Shown piece after piece: positions 28,850-39,262 of a stretch of 64,000 bases of DNA (positions are counted from its first letter, which is position 1; each line of letters starts with the position of its first letter). The stretch covers positions 1 through 64,000 of the IMG/VR virus record IMGVR_UViG_3300028797_000108, one strand, 5' to 3'. This DNA comes from a virus. Its lineage: Duplodnaviria > Caudoviricetes. A program made the position numbers and the translations under genes. The notes under the pieces are model-generated. The model saw nothing but the letters and a program-made list of their open reading frames with translations, was not told where the DNA came from and searched no databases.

Positions 28850-29458
28850 ATGGGAATAAAGTCAATTTGGGATAACCCTTTTTACAAGAATTACAAACCA
28901 TTGCCCAAATGGTGTTTCTCGGTCAACTTTGAAAACTTTATTCTTAACAAGAAGCAAACCTATTATGCTAACCAGCTTACCCGCGCTATCGTTAATTGTC
29001 AGTGGGGAAAGCGTGAAACGTCAATCGTTAAGACATATTACGCAGGCATGGAAGCAAACTTCCCAGGCCGTGTTCAAAATACTGGTGAATTGAACATTAC
29101 ATTTAACGAGGATGCAAATTTAAGCATTTCTCATATTCTTGAAGAATTGTTCAACGGTGAGTGCTCGAATGACCATTTCTTTACAGGTCAGGGCAACTAC
29201 ATTTATAATCAGCAGTTCAATAAGACTGACCGCACCTTGCATTTGCAGATTTTGAAGCCGGGTTATACGGTAGGCGCTAATGATAGTGAAACGAAGGTTG
29301 TCGCTGACATCGAGTTTCACAACTGTATTCTTGTAAGTATCAATGAAGAAGAGTTCAATTACACAACCGATGATGATGTGATTACGAAGACTGCTAGAAT
29401 AGCATACGACTATATGCTATGGCGTCGTCACAACAGAGCGGAAGACGCAGGTAAATAA
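28850..29458 (+). CDS. Tail tube-like (gp19/gp54 fold) protein
   Basis: YYAGMEANFPGRVQNTGELNITFNED ... EFHNC..VSI.E.EFNY ... AYDY. Confidence 0.65.
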   Translation: MGIKSIWDNPFYKNYKPLPKWCFSVNFENFILNKKQTYYANQLTRAIVNCQWGKRETSIVKTYYAGMEANFPGRVQNTGELNITFNEDANLSISHILEELFNGECSNDHFFTGQGNYIYNQQFNKTDRTLHLQILKPGYTVGANDSETKVVADIEFHNCILVSINEEEFNYTTDDDVITKTARIAYDYMLWRRHNRAEDAGK

Positions 29459-30114
29459 TGTGGAAGGACGCTAAAGGATTTAACGCAGAAGATCTGCATA
29501 ACGCATCTGACGAAAAGCTCGGTCAGTACTTGAAGAGCAAGCAGACACAGTTTGCTCCGCAATACAAGATGCAGCCTTCATGGGACCAGCCGCAAACGAG
29601 CTGGATGTTTGAAGTTGACTTTTTCTTTACACCTGAAGCAAAAGCAAGATACAATCTTGATGATGTATCTACTGACCCAACATTCATGTGTGTCAAGGCT
29701 GACCTTCCGAAGTTTGAAACGAAGACTAAGGAATTCTTCTTCCTTGGTTCAAAAATGACAAAGGCAATTTGCCGTGACTATTCAGGCGAAAGTGAATTGC
29801 AGTTCTGGCTTAGAGGCAATACGAATAAGCTAGGCCAAGATGAACCTGGAACAAGAAAGAAGGCATTGCTTGATATTCTTGCACACAAGAGAATTGACAC
29901 ACTTCAATACGATTATACACATCCAGAATTTGAACCGATGTTCTCATACATCTGGATAACTTTGAGAACCATTGACGGCAGGATATACAAAAGATTTGTT
30001 CTTGAGAACCCCGTTATCACAAATGTTGATACTGGCGGTTCGGTTAGTTATGATAGTGAAGACGGTCTAAAATTGTCAATGACAATTCATTATGACCACT
30101 GGAGTGTGCAGTAA
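29458..30114 (+). CDS. Tail tube-like protein
   Basis: WMFEVDF, ADLPKFET, FLGSK, LENPVITNVD.G..SYDSED, IHYDHW. Confidence 0.6.
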   Translation: MWKDAKGFNAEDLHNASDEKLGQYLKSKQTQFAPQYKMQPSWDQPQTSWMFEVDFFFTPEAKARYNLDDVSTDPTFMCVKADLPKFETKTKEFFFLGSKMTKAICRDYSGESELQFWLRGNTNKLGQDEPGTRKKALLDILAHKRIDTLQYDYTHPEFEPMFSYIWITLRTIDGRIYKRFVLENPVITNVDTGGSVSYDSEDGLKLSMTIHYDHWSVQ

Positions 30115-31508
30115 TGAGTCCAGGTAGCATCTTTTGTGAATACATTTATGGAACCTTCTTGCTAGTGGAGGCGGCTCTACAGGTCGGTATTGCTCTAGCA
30201 CAGACAACGCTTCAAATGCTTAATACGGCGTTTGATGCTATCTTGTCTTTGCTTAAGTTTACCGTTGACCTTGCCGTAGAAGCTATCTTAAATGGGATAC
30301 GAGTCTTACAGAAAAAGTTGGTTGACTTGCTGTGGGACGGATATAAGACAGACCCAAAAACAGGTAAGAAGAAATCGGCATTCTGTAATAACTTGTATAA
30401 ATGTAATATCTTCATTGAAGAATTGACTGACTCAAACTCCTTGATTTGTAAGACACTTATTAAGCTAGGTGTCATTACGAAGGAACAGCAACAGTTCGTC
30501 AATGAAATCATCAATGACTATAACGGATTTATGGACACTATCTGTAATTTCGGCTTTACCTTCAATTTCGGCTTGTCAGCAATTAAGAAGCTCTTGAACT
30601 TCTATAAGGAACAGATTGAAGGCTTCTTGAATATGCTTGAACGCAAGAAGGACAATATCCGCCGTATGATTCAGTCTTACATCAATAAGCTGATTGACAG
30701 CGGTATCTTTGATATGATGGCAAAGCTCAAGAAATTCTTCAACTGTATTCTTGACCAGACCGATTCTTGCACCTCAATTAGCTCTACAAGAAACTTCTAT
30801 ACTGATTCACTTGCTAAGATGCATATTGAAGAATGCGGCAATGGCAACTACAAGCTAGAAGCGTCTACCGCAAACAAGATGATGAATACATTTGACTCAC
30901 GCATCAACCAGCTGAACAATTCAAAGAATGTTCTGCAAGAAGCAGTTGATGCACTGATTAGTCCAAGTGATACACGAGCAGCGTCAAAGGCATTCAACTT
31001 GTCAAAGAATGTTTTCCCAGGCGGCATGAGCTGGACCGATATCAAGAACGGCAACTGGAAGAAGAACCGTATGGTCCATTACTTCTCAGTTAAGGGCGAC
31101 CAGTTTGCAGAAGCATTCCTCGGCAAGCACAAAGAGCTCCCACCTGAAACAAGCACTGAATATGTTATCGGCGGCATGAGAATTGACGATAAGAACGGTA
31201 TCATCAAGATGAGCTTGAACGGTGTTGAAGAAACTATTGACATCAATGACCCAGCAACAATGAAGGGCTATTCAAACGATATGCTCGGCTGGACAACATT
31301 GCCAGAACCAGAAGAATACTCGACCGATGGTGATGAGTCAATGGACATGCCCGATGCCTTCTACTATAACGGCAGGATCATTTCAGCACTTCGTGCCGCA
31401 ATTCGTATTTCAGTTGAAGGAGACGAAGATCTTAAGCAACACTGCCAAGAAAAGTGGACCCAGGTCAACGATATGATTAGAGAAAGCGAACTTGTCACAG
31501 AGGTTTAA
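30114..31508 (+). CDS. Hypothetical helical protein (probably structural)
   Basis: 464-aa ORF coupled within a tail/baseplate operon. Confidence 0.55.
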   Translation: MSPGSIFCEYIYGTFLLVEAALQVGIALAQTTLQMLNTAFDAILSLLKFTVDLAVEAILNGIRVLQKKLVDLLWDGYKTDPKTGKKKSAFCNNLYKCNIFIEELTDSNSLICKTLIKLGVITKEQQQFVNEIINDYNGFMDTICNFGFTFNFGLSAIKKLLNFYKEQIEGFLNMLERKKDNIRRMIQSYINKLIDSGIFDMMAKLKKFFNCILDQTDSCTSISSTRNFYTDSLAKMHIEECGNGNYKLEASTANKMMNTFDSRINQLNNSKNVLQEAVDALISPSDTRAASKAFNLSKNVFPGGMSWTDIKNGNWKKNRMVHYFSVKGDQFAEAFLGKHKELPPETSTEYVIGGMRIDDKNGIIKMSLNGVEETIDINDPATMKGYSNDMLGWTTLPEPEEYSTDGDESMDMPDAFYYNGRIISALRAAIRISVEGDEDLKQHCQEKWTQVNDMIRESELVTEV

Positions 31509-31509
31509 T

Positions 31510-31872
31510 ATGAAAGAACAAATTCAGCGAGATATTCTGTATGAACTTTGTAAAAGCATAGCGATGAACAAGCGAACACCTGATTGGATAAGAGCACAAA
31601 TCTATCAGGAAGTGAAAAAGGCACAAGAAGTGAAGGATGATTTCCCATCACTTCAAAACACGCCTGTTGAAGATAGGCCAATACAAGTCGGAGACAAGGC
31701 TTATTCCGAAACACTTGACAATGTGCCTTATACATTCCAAGTAGTCGCAGAAAAGGAAACCATTCAAGGCGTGAGGTTATTTGATGTCAGGGTTATTGCT
31801 GGCAAAGGACCTCACAAGATTGGTTCTGTTGTTTTTAACATGCCTGAAACATGGCTTCAGTTGAGAGGATAA
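31510..31872 (+). CDS. Hypothetical protein
   Basis: GAGG RBS, ATG at 31510. Confidence 0.55.
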   Translation: MKEQIQRDILYELCKSIAMNKRTPDWIRAQIYQEVKKAQEVKDDFPSLQNTPVEDRPIQVGDKAYSETLDNVPYTFQVVAEKETIQGVRLFDVRVIAGKGPHKIGSVVFNMPETWLQLRG

Positions 31873-31873
31873 T

Positions 31874-32278
31874 ATGCTACCATTATCAGCAAATAATGAC
31901 TTTAAAGATTACGGTGCATACGGTGAAAACCCTTACCGCGACATTAACGGCGATGATCTTAGTGTCAAGGCTGAGGTGTATGGAACTGATGCTCTTGACC
32001 AGGCCATTGAAGCAGTTATCGTAACCGAGCCTTATGAACGCTTATTCAACATTGACTTCTGGTCACCATTCTACCGTCTTTTGTTCCAGAACGAAGGTGA
32101 CGCCGAAGAAATTGTTGAAGAAGTTTTCCAGATGATTGAAAAGTGGGTGGGTGTTCGCATTGACCGTCCAAATACAAATGTGAATGTTGACTCAGCCAAT
32201 CATGCTGTTGAGCTCGAGATACCATACTTTTATGGAGATAATCAGTATCACAAATTCTCACGAGTCATTTCTGCTTAA
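31874..32278 (+). CDS. Baseplate wedge protein gp25-like
   Basis: DALDQAIEAVIVTEPYERLFNIDF.S....LLF. Confidence 0.8.
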   Translation: MLPLSANNDFKDYGAYGENPYRDINGDDLSVKAEVYGTDALDQAIEAVIVTEPYERLFNIDFWSPFYRLLFQNEGDAEEIVEEVFQMIEKWVGVRIDRPNTNVNVDSANHAVELEIPYFYGDNQYHKFSRVISA

Positions 32279-32299
32279 TAAATACAACAAAGGTTAAGT

Positions 32300-32740
32300 A
32301 TGAATAATAAACTCACATTTACACAGTATGTTCAGATGCACATGAACAAGACATATAACCGCGAGGACATTAAAGAACAGCCCGTGGTTAATGACCAGCA
32401 TGGACCTGCTGATGTTTTGAAACAAGTTAATCCGAAGACTTGGAATGCTAAGATTATTGGCGACGAAAAAATCTTGTTCTTCAATAATCATCATTTGAAC
32501 ATTACGAAGCTGCGTGAAGAAATTCAGAAAATATACAGTGAGAATGGATATGAACATTACGGCTTTAGCAAGCTAAGTGAAACCGAGTTAGTTCGCTATA
32601 AAACATTGCGAGATATCTTGCTCGGTGAATTCCTAGGTTATGGCGATGAAGAGCTTGACCCAGTTGCTACTGCTAGAATAATTTTTGATAATGAGGTGAA
32701 GGAATTTGACTGGCAGCCTGAACCTCTGACATTGGGTTAA
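32300..32740 (+). CDS. Hypothetical late protein
   Basis: AATAAATA upstream; 146 aa. Confidence 0.55.
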   Translation: MNNKLTFTQYVQMHMNKTYNREDIKEQPVVNDQHGPADVLKQVNPKTWNAKIIGDEKILFFNNHHLNITKLREEIQKIYSENGYEHYGFSKLSETELVRYKTLRDILLGEFLGYGDEELDPVATARIIFDNEVKEFDWQPEPLTLG

Positions 32741-32742
32741 AG

Positions 32743-33147
32743 ATGAAAAGTACGAATAAGTTGCTAGAAGTAAGATTGAAGGTTGATGCGTGGATCGTTG
32801 AAGAAACGCTGAGCCGAATGGGCATACCTGATAATAAGAATAAGGTGCTATACCAATCATGCCATCTGCTTAAGCAGTTTGACACTTATTATCTTGCGCA
32901 TTTCAAGCAGTTGTTTGTTTTGAGCCGCGGTAAGGATGGGTATCCTGGATTTGGCAATGTATCGCTTGAAGATCTTGAAAGACGAAATTCTATTGCATAT
33001 TGCCTTGTTAAGTGGAACATGATTGAGGTTGTAGAACCGCAAGAAATTGAAGAACACCAAACACGCATATTTGTTTTGCCACATGCTGAAAAACATAACT
33101 GGCAACTTATCAAGAAATTTAATGTGAAAAACCTTAGCAATGAATAG
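32743..33147 (+). CDS. regA: Translational repressor RegA
   Basis: ETLSRMGI....K.LYQSCHLL.....YYLAHFKQLF...RRNSIA..L..W; W.LI.K. Confidence 0.93.
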   Translation: MKSTNKLLEVRLKVDAWIVEETLSRMGIPDNKNKVLYQSCHLLKQFDTYYLAHFKQLFVLSRGKDGYPGFGNVSLEDLERRNSIAYCLVKWNMIEVVEPQEIEEHQTRIFVLPHAEKHNWQLIKKFNVKNLSNE

Positions 33148-33154
33148 GTAATGT

Positions 33155-34207
33155 ATGGCTGAAAAGACAGAAGAAACAAAGAAGGATCCTGTTAAGACAG
33201 GAATACAAAAAGCCATCGCAGGTAAGGACACAAAGGCGCTGTCCAAATATAGAGACCACATTGAAAAGGACGACGAAGGCAAGTATTACTACGAAGACGA
33301 TAATGGCGAAAAGACCTATCTTGCTACCAACGATGTTCCAGATAAGAAAATCAAGCAGATGCTTATCCAGATTAAGGATAGCAGCGAACATTTCAATTAT
33401 GAAGATGTATTCTATAAGCTAGGCAAGGTTGCCGTTCTTCGTGGCGCATCAAGCCTAATCGGATTGGAACAGAAGCCAGAAGCATTGCTCTCAAAAATTT
33501 CTGATACGAATTATGATGATGTTTACGATATAGCTTTTGAAGATAACAAGAACATCAAAGCCGGCATGTTCAAGGGCAAGTCACTGAACGATGTTTTGAA
33601 AGCATGCGCCCGTCGTAAAGCCGTTGAAGATTTGAAATCAGCTGAAAAGATTGATGGCACTACTTATGAAAAGCTAGTTAAAGCTGGCGAAGATGAATAT
33701 AAAGAATACTCTGAAGATATCGCCACCGACGCTGCAACAAAGAACAAGTATAATGCAGTTAAGAACGAGCTTGAAAGTGCATTTGAAAAAGGCGTTAAAG
33801 AAACCCGTAAAGAACTAGATGAAGGCCAAAATATCAAGGAACCTTTCACTAATAGAACATTGAACCTAGAAGATGGCAAGGTTAAAAAGGCTCTTAAGGG
33901 TGCTGCTAAAAACGCTGCTAAGAAGTTAGGCGAAATTTTAGGCATAAGCGAGAACTCACCTGACATTTTCTCTAAGTTGATTTTCGCAGCGATTGGTGGT
34001 GGTAATAAGCTTTGGAAGAATATACAGAAGAAGAGAGCATTAGCACGCTTTAATGATTATAAGAAGGTGACAGTCAAGTCACTTAAGAAAGAAATTGATG
34101 ATGCCATTAAGGAAGCAAAACCGTTGCTCAGTAATGGTCCAACAAATAGTGGAGAATCAGATGGCGGAACAGAATCAAAACCTGGAGAAGCTGAAGGAAA
34201 TCACTAA
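33155..34207 (+). CDS. Hypothetical charged protein
   Basis: 350-aa K/E-rich ORF. Confidence 0.6.
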   Translation: MAEKTEETKKDPVKTGIQKAIAGKDTKALSKYRDHIEKDDEGKYYYEDDNGEKTYLATNDVPDKKIKQMLIQIKDSSEHFNYEDVFYKLGKVAVLRGASSLIGLEQKPEALLSKISDTNYDDVYDIAFEDNKNIKAGMFKGKSLNDVLKACARRKAVEDLKSAEKIDGTTYEKLVKAGEDEYKEYSEDIATDAATKNKYNAVKNELESAFEKGVKETRKELDEGQNIKEPFTNRTLNLEDGKVKKALKGAAKNAAKKLGEILGISENSPDIFSKLIFAAIGGGNKLWKNIQKKRALARFNDYKKVTVKSLKKEIDDAIKEAKPLLSNGPTNSGESDGGTESKPGEAEGNH

Positions 34208-35561
34208 TAGGGTTTCTGAAACATGCTGGAAGTGCATGGATAAGTATCTATGCGCCGGCTTTGCCATGTTGAACCAAAATTTGGCAACAGTCAAAGGTGA
34301 AGAACTGACATTTACAACAAATGAAGGTGGCTCACTTGTTTTGGGCGCTGACTATGCGAAATTGTTTGATGAAGCCGTCAAGCAGTATGGCAGGTACTAT
34401 AAAGAAATCATTTCACAAAGCGGTGACTTAAAGAAGCTGCCGTTCCTCGCCACACCTGCACAAAACGAGACAGTTAAGATTGACTCATTTGAGTGGCTAA
34501 CCAAGCAGAAATACGAATCTTCAGAAATGGAAAAGACTGCCCATAATTATTGGGCTATGGCTAAGAAGATTGCTGACATCGGTGCTAAGCTACAAGAACT
34601 TACGAAGATGCCGCACGAAAAATTCTTCAATGAAATTAAGCAAGTCGCTGAAACACTTTCAAGCGGTGCTGATTTGTTCAAGAATGCTACCAAGCTGAAA
34701 TTGGCAGCAGAACCTCAGGGAGATCCTGACGGCGTTGAAATTGAAAAGGCAGAAGAACAGCCTGAAGAAGAAAAGCAGGAAGAACAGCCACAGGTTGACC
34801 AGAATGTTGTGGCTGGTGTTGAAACTGCAGCAAAAGAGGTTGCTGCCGTTATCGACCACCCAGACAATGTAGGTCCTAACTTTGAAAAGATGAAACAGGA
34901 TTTGGAACGCCTAAAGGCAGCCTATGAAAAATCTGGCTTGTCAAAGAAGATGCGTAAAAAGATTAACGCATTCCGCGAACAGAATAAAGGCATTTTGCCT
35001 GCCGTTTGGGCTTATGCAGCTGGTACTGGTCAGTTGGACAATGTTAAGCGCATCATAGAAGCAGCACAGCAGCAACAGGAACTACTTAAGCTTTTGTTTG
35101 AAAATGAGGAAGGTGAAAATGATAGACCGGGAGATACTGGGGACGGGGCAGCCGATACGCCGCAAGAAGGCGCCGGTGAAAAAGAAAACAACGACCAGAA
35201 GAAAACTGACGGAGAAGAAACCGCGCCAAATGACAAGCAAGGCGAGCAAGATAACCCAGCCGAAAAGGCTAAGACATTGGCAGATGCTGCGGGAAAGCTT
35301 CTTACAATTAAAAAGGCTAACGGTTTCATTACTGAATACGGTAAATGGGTTAAGGCTGTTAATGAGTTCTTTACCGGACTTGCAGAAAACGAAGATCTTA
35401 AACCTGAACTTGAAAAATTAAAGGACTTGGACCCTTATGAAAAAATCGTCAAGACTTATGCCTTGCTTTTGAACCATAAGGAAGAAAAACAGGAAGAGGC
35501 TTATGACCCATTCGTTGATGCGTTCATGAAGCGTTTGGACGAAAAATTACATAGGTGGTAG
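34161..35561 (+). CDS. Hypothetical charged protein
   Basis: Probable start MAEQ at 34161 after GGAG; overlaps the upstream gene. Confidence 0.6.
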   Translation: MAEQNQNLEKLKEITNRVSETCWKCMDKYLCAGFAMLNQNLATVKGEELTFTTNEGGSLVLGADYAKLFDEAVKQYGRYYKEIISQSGDLKKLPFLATPAQNETVKIDSFEWLTKQKYESSEMEKTAHNYWAMAKKIADIGAKLQELTKMPHEKFFNEIKQVAETLSSGADLFKNATKLKLAAEPQGDPDGVEIEKAEEQPEEEKQEEQPQVDQNVVAGVETAAKEVAAVIDHPDNVGPNFEKMKQDLERLKAAYEKSGLSKKMRKKINAFREQNKGILPAVWAYAAGTGQLDNVKRIIEAAQQQQELLKLLFENEEGENDRPGDTGDGAADTPQEGAGEKENNDQKKTDGEETAPNDKQGEQDNPAEKAKTLADAAGKLLTIKKANGFITEYGKWVKAVNEFFTGLAENEDLKPELEKLKDLDPYEKIVKTYALLLNHKEEKQEEAYDPFVDAFMKRLDEKLHRW

Positions 35562-35580
35562 GCCAATAAATAATTTAGGG

Positions 35581-35607
35581 AGGCGCGGAATTATTTCCGC
35601 GTCTTTT
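35581..35607 (+). terminator. Rho-independent terminator
   Basis: AGGCGCGGAA-ttat-TTCCGCGTCT plus TTT. Confidence 0.75.
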
Positions 35608-35651
35608 ATTCTGCCTAAAGAAAATTTTTATATTTACTATTGAGGTGTCTT

Positions 35652-35963
35652 ATGGATGAAACCGAGATTACAAATTGCCTAGGTGAAATCGAGCTAGTCA
35701 TGAAAGACCCTTCTTTGATTGGGAAAAACGGTTTTTCATTTGAAGAGTTTTTGTCAGTCAATGAATTCAAGATAATGGTGCTGTGCTTTTATCACTTTCA
35801 TCTTTATCCAGTGAACAAGCGTCTACTTGAATTGTCGCTTGATGCTGAAGATTGTGATAATTATGACTTCATCTACAACCTAATTGCGGATAAGTGGTTA
35901 AAGCACGCAGAGACCGAAATAGAGAAATACATTAAGGAACTCGAATCCACACCGATAGAATAA
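35652..35963 (+). CDS. Hypothetical protein
   Basis: GAGG RBS, ATG at 35652. Confidence 0.55.
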   Translation: MDETEITNCLGEIELVMKDPSLIGKNGFSFEEFLSVNEFKIMVLCFYHFHLYPVNKRLLELSLDAEDCDNYDFIYNLIADKWLKHAETEIEKYIKELESTPIE

Positions 35964-35993
35964 ACCTTTATAAATACAATATAGAGGTAAAGA

Positions 35994-37007
35994 ATGGATT
36001 ACATGCATTATCAACGTATGCCACATATTCACGGCGACCTTGAACCAGCATTCGTCGTTCCGCCGCACGAACCGTGCTGCCCTGACGAAAAAGAAGAATG
36101 CGTGTGCGTCACATCGGGTGATGTTGAAAAGTGGAATGAAACCGCTGATATGCTCAGCGCCCTATCAGGAATTACCCCGGAAGATCTTGACAATATCGGA
36201 AGCGCAGTTTCTGCGCTAACCAGTGCTGATTATTGGAACAGCACTTACAATACAGTATGCGCTAAATCTGCTAATTGGGACAGCGCTTATAACGCAGTCA
36301 CTGCAAGCGCTGATATTTGGAATAGCGCAAGTGACATTCCTGAACTGACATCAGCAATAAACGATTTGTCTAATCAGATATCTGCACTTGACAAGGCTAA
36401 GGCTAGTGCATTCTTCACTGACTCAGCATCTATCGTAGGCGACGGTACTTCAGGTTCGCCATATCGTGTTGCTGATTGGGCTCGCATATCTGCACTCAAT
36501 TTTAATTTTAACGAGCTGGAAAGACACTTATATCCAGCTGACTCAGCTGATGGTTTAACAGCTGATATGATTATCACTGATGGTGCTCGTGCTAAATTCT
36601 TGGCACTGCAACCTGAACATGAAAAACTCATGAGCTTCATGCAGACTATTGATACCCACATTTCCGGCATCAATAGCCGAATAAATGAAGCTGAACAGTT
36701 GTCATACCAAGCCATATCTGAAGCAAAGACTTATTATGGCGACGGTAGCACAACAGTGATTAATGAAAAGTTAGTCTCAGGCACCGACCCTAACCATCCA
36801 AAGACACGAGAATATGTCGTATCTGTTATAGGCTTGCCTAACGGTTATGATGATAGAATTTCATCAGGCGTTCGTGCTTGGGAATACATCTCGGCAAATC
36901 TTGTAAATAGACGCTTCCTTTCATGGGCAACAACTAACTACCCAACAAAAGCTAGCGATGTCACTGCTTGCCGTGATTATGACACCATTTATGTTGCTGT
37001 GGAGTAA
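35994..37007 (+). CDS. Putative fibrous virion protein
   Basis: Late promoter at 35969; W-N/D-S repeats (SADYWNST, SANWDSA, SADIWNSA); SIVGDGTSGSPYRV fibre motif. Confidence 0.5.
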   Translation: MDYMHYQRMPHIHGDLEPAFVVPPHEPCCPDEKEECVCVTSGDVEKWNETADMLSALSGITPEDLDNIGSAVSALTSADYWNSTYNTVCAKSANWDSAYNAVTASADIWNSASDIPELTSAINDLSNQISALDKAKASAFFTDSASIVGDGTSGSPYRVADWARISALNFNFNELERHLYPADSADGLTADMIITDGARAKFLALQPEHEKLMSFMQTIDTHISGINSRINEAEQLSYQAISEAKTYYGDGSTTVINEKLVSGTDPNHPKTREYVVSVIGLPNGYDDRISSGVRAWEYISANLVNRRFLSWATTNYPTKASDVTACRDYDTIYVAVE

Positions 37008-37010
37008 AGA

Positions 37011-37412
37011 ATGGAAACGGCTCTTTCAATAGTTGCTACAAACAATCCTATAGCAATAGTTGCTCTTATTGCTGTATTGTTGTGCTATGCGATAATTGGC
37101 TATATCGCATGGCAGCGCTCCAATACTGCTAAGATTCGTAATGAGCAGAATGACACTCATACGAATGAAATTACGCAACTCCAGAAACAATATGACGAAC
37201 TCAAGGAAGAAGTCAAGGATATGAAGGAGCAGCAGAACAAGATGGAAACGGAAAAGCAGCTAATTCAAAAGGACGTAACCCACCTGATAGAAGAAACAAG
37301 TGGAATAAAGGAAGACATTCGAGAAATAAAGGTGACACTTGGCGGTATTCAATTATCGCTTGAAAAGATTGGCGCATACTATGATTTCTTGAAAGAAAAA
37401 AGGACTAGATAA
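37011..37412 (+). CDS. Membrane-anchored coiled-coil protein (holin-like)
   Basis: One N-terminal TM helix followed by a heptad coiled coil. Confidence 0.45.
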   Translation: METALSIVATNNPIAIVALIAVLLCYAIIGYIAWQRSNTAKIRNEQNDTHTNEITQLQKQYDELKEEVKDMKEQQNKMETEKQLIQKDVTHLIEETSGIKEDIREIKVTLGGIQLSLEKIGAYYDFLKEKRTR

Positions 37413-37414
37413 GA

Positions 37415-37819
37415 ATGAGTGAGTTTAATGATTTTGTGAAGAACTCTAGGGAGTTCTGTGATTTACAGGACCACCCGATGGTATACAGCCTCGTGCTTGC
37501 TAAGTTGGCAAAGGGCGACAAGGCTGCAGTGAAGGACGATACAGCGCTCTTTAATGTGCTTAATCGAGTTGAACAGGTGATACCAAAGATTGACTCAACC
37601 GCGTTGAAAACATCATATAGCCCAATCGCAATGACTGCTCTTTTCAACAAGGACGATACCAAAGGCGCACTACCTGATTATGTGACACAGTACTTCAATG
37701 AATTTGAAGATGTCGCAGCAAAGCAGGAAAAATCGTTTGATGCAGCATTTGAAGTGCATAAACAGTTCAGTGAATTAACCAAGAGCACCGAGTTTCAGAA
37801 TTTTCTGAAGACTTTATAA
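37415..37819 (+). CDS. Hypothetical protein
   Basis: 134-aa ORF. Confidence 0.55.
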   Translation: MSEFNDFVKNSREFCDLQDHPMVYSLVLAKLAKGDKAAVKDDTALFNVLNRVEQVIPKIDSTALKTSYSPIAMTALFNKDDTKGALPDYVTQYFNEFEDVAAKQEKSFDAAFEVHKQFSELTKSTEFQNFLKTL

Positions 37820-37852
37820 ATACAATATAAGAGGTTTTAGGAGATATACAAT

Positions 37853-38599
37853 ATGGCAAAAAAGATCAGCGATAAAAACCGTAAGAAGGCATCTCTGTCA
37901 GAAGGATTCTTGGACGGCGAAGAAGAAGTGACCGTTACTCCGGAAGACGCACAGCCTGAAGATACTACCGAAGACGATGTACCTCCAGAAGATGGCGGTG
38001 AAGAAGGCGACGGTGATATTTCTGATGAAGGCGACCCGGATGGCGATGGTGACGAAGGCGATGCAGAAGCAACCGACGACGAAGCCGGAGTTGAAAAGGA
38101 TCCCGAAGAACAACAGGAAGATCTGCAGGACACTATGCAGACCTTGATTACTGCTGTTCAGGCTCTAACCGACCAGATTGCTAAGCAGAACGGTGACGGT
38201 GAAGAAGGCGGTGAAGGCGAACCTGCTGAAGGTGGTGACGAAACTGCTGAAGGCGGCGATGATTTCACTGACGACGATTCAGAATTTGAAGGTGGGGACG
38301 AAGAAGGCGAAGGCGATGACGACGCTGAATTTGAAGGCGGCGACGAAGGCGGAGAAGAATCATCAGAAGAAGAAACAACTGATGAAACAAAATCAGAAGC
38401 CTGGAACCATTTCGCTAAGCAAGGCATGCCTCTCAACGAAAACAGCGGCTACATGATTGGTAAGATCTTGTCAGGTCGCTTTGACAAGTTGGAACCATTT
38501 GTCATGGCTATCGTTGAACAGAAGATTCACGACAGAGTTGAAGGCGCAAAGAAGGAGTTCCGCACCCAGGCCTACAATAAACAGTATGGCGAAGAATAA
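37853..38599 (+). CDS. Highly acidic late protein (putative prohead core component)
   Basis: Late promoter at 37815; D/E/G-rich; SLSE and PLNE candidate gp21 sites. Confidence 0.55.
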   Translation: MAKKISDKNRKKASLSEGFLDGEEEVTVTPEDAQPEDTTEDDVPPEDGGEEGDGDISDEGDPDGDGDEGDAEATDDEAGVEKDPEEQQEDLQDTMQTLITAVQALTDQIAKQNGDGEEGGEGEPAEGGDETAEGGDDFTDDDSEFEGGDEEGEGDDDAEFEGGDEGGEESSEEETTDETKSEAWNHFAKQGMPLNENSGYMIGKILSGRFDKLEPFVMAIVEQKIHDRVEGAKKEFRTQAYNKQYGEE

Positions 38600-38630
38600 T
38601 CACATTTAACATTCTAAAACCCTTTCAAAA

Positions 38631-38660
38631 CGGCAGTTATAAATAACTGCTGTTTTTCTT
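38631..38660 (+). terminator. Hairpin/terminator containing a TATAAATA late promoter
   Basis: CGGCAGTTAT-aa-ATAACTGCTG plus TTTTT. Confidence 0.6.
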
Positions 38661-38673
38661 GTATAAATACTAT

Positions 38674-39261
38674 ATGAAACAGTTTGATAGTCTATGTGAT
38701 GCGTTCAACATTAACGGCGTTGATGACAACAAAGTTAAGGAAGAACTTTTGAATACTGAGCCCGTTGCTCCGGTAGTTCCTGAACCTGAAGAACCTCAGG
38801 AAGAAGAGGCTACTATTGAGTTCAAAGGCCAGAAGTATACATTAAAGAGCCTCGAGTATATGAGGGTAATGCTACAAGAGAAAATTTCTCAAGACACACA
38901 TGTTCTTGAAACTCTTGGGCAGATGTGCAAGTTAAATGCACAAGCTAGATATTTTGAAGTCTATGCCACGCTGTCTAACACTGTGGCCTCGCATTTGAAA
39001 CAGCTTCAAGATCTAGAGAAAACAATAACAGACTATCAAGTTATTCAGACGAAAGAAGAGATGCAAAAAGCGTCTATGGAACAAAAGGAACGCTTGGCAC
39101 TTTCTAAGGCATCTAACTCTCCTGCTGCTCAAACACTTATTCAAAACAACACAACAAACTTGTATTTGACATCCACAGAACTGGATGAAATGATTGACGA
39201 GGCAGAGCACGATACCCATATAAATACTGACGAAATATCCACTGATTTTGATTTAAGCTAG
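38674..39261 (+). CDS. terS: Terminase small subunit gp16-like
   Basis: ARYFEVYATL..TV...LKQL..L resembles gp16 PR..EVFATL; C-term QNN..NLYLTSTEL.EMI. Confidence 0.7.
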   Translation: MKQFDSLCDAFNINGVDDNKVKEELLNTEPVAPVVPEPEEPQEEEATIEFKGQKYTLKSLEYMRVMLQEKISQDTHVLETLGQMCKLNAQARYFEVYATLSNTVASHLKQLQDLEKTITDYQVIQTKEEMQKASMEQKERLALSKASNSPAAQTLIQNNTTNLYLTSTELDEMIDEAEHDTHINTDEISTDFDLS

Positions 39262-39262
39262 T

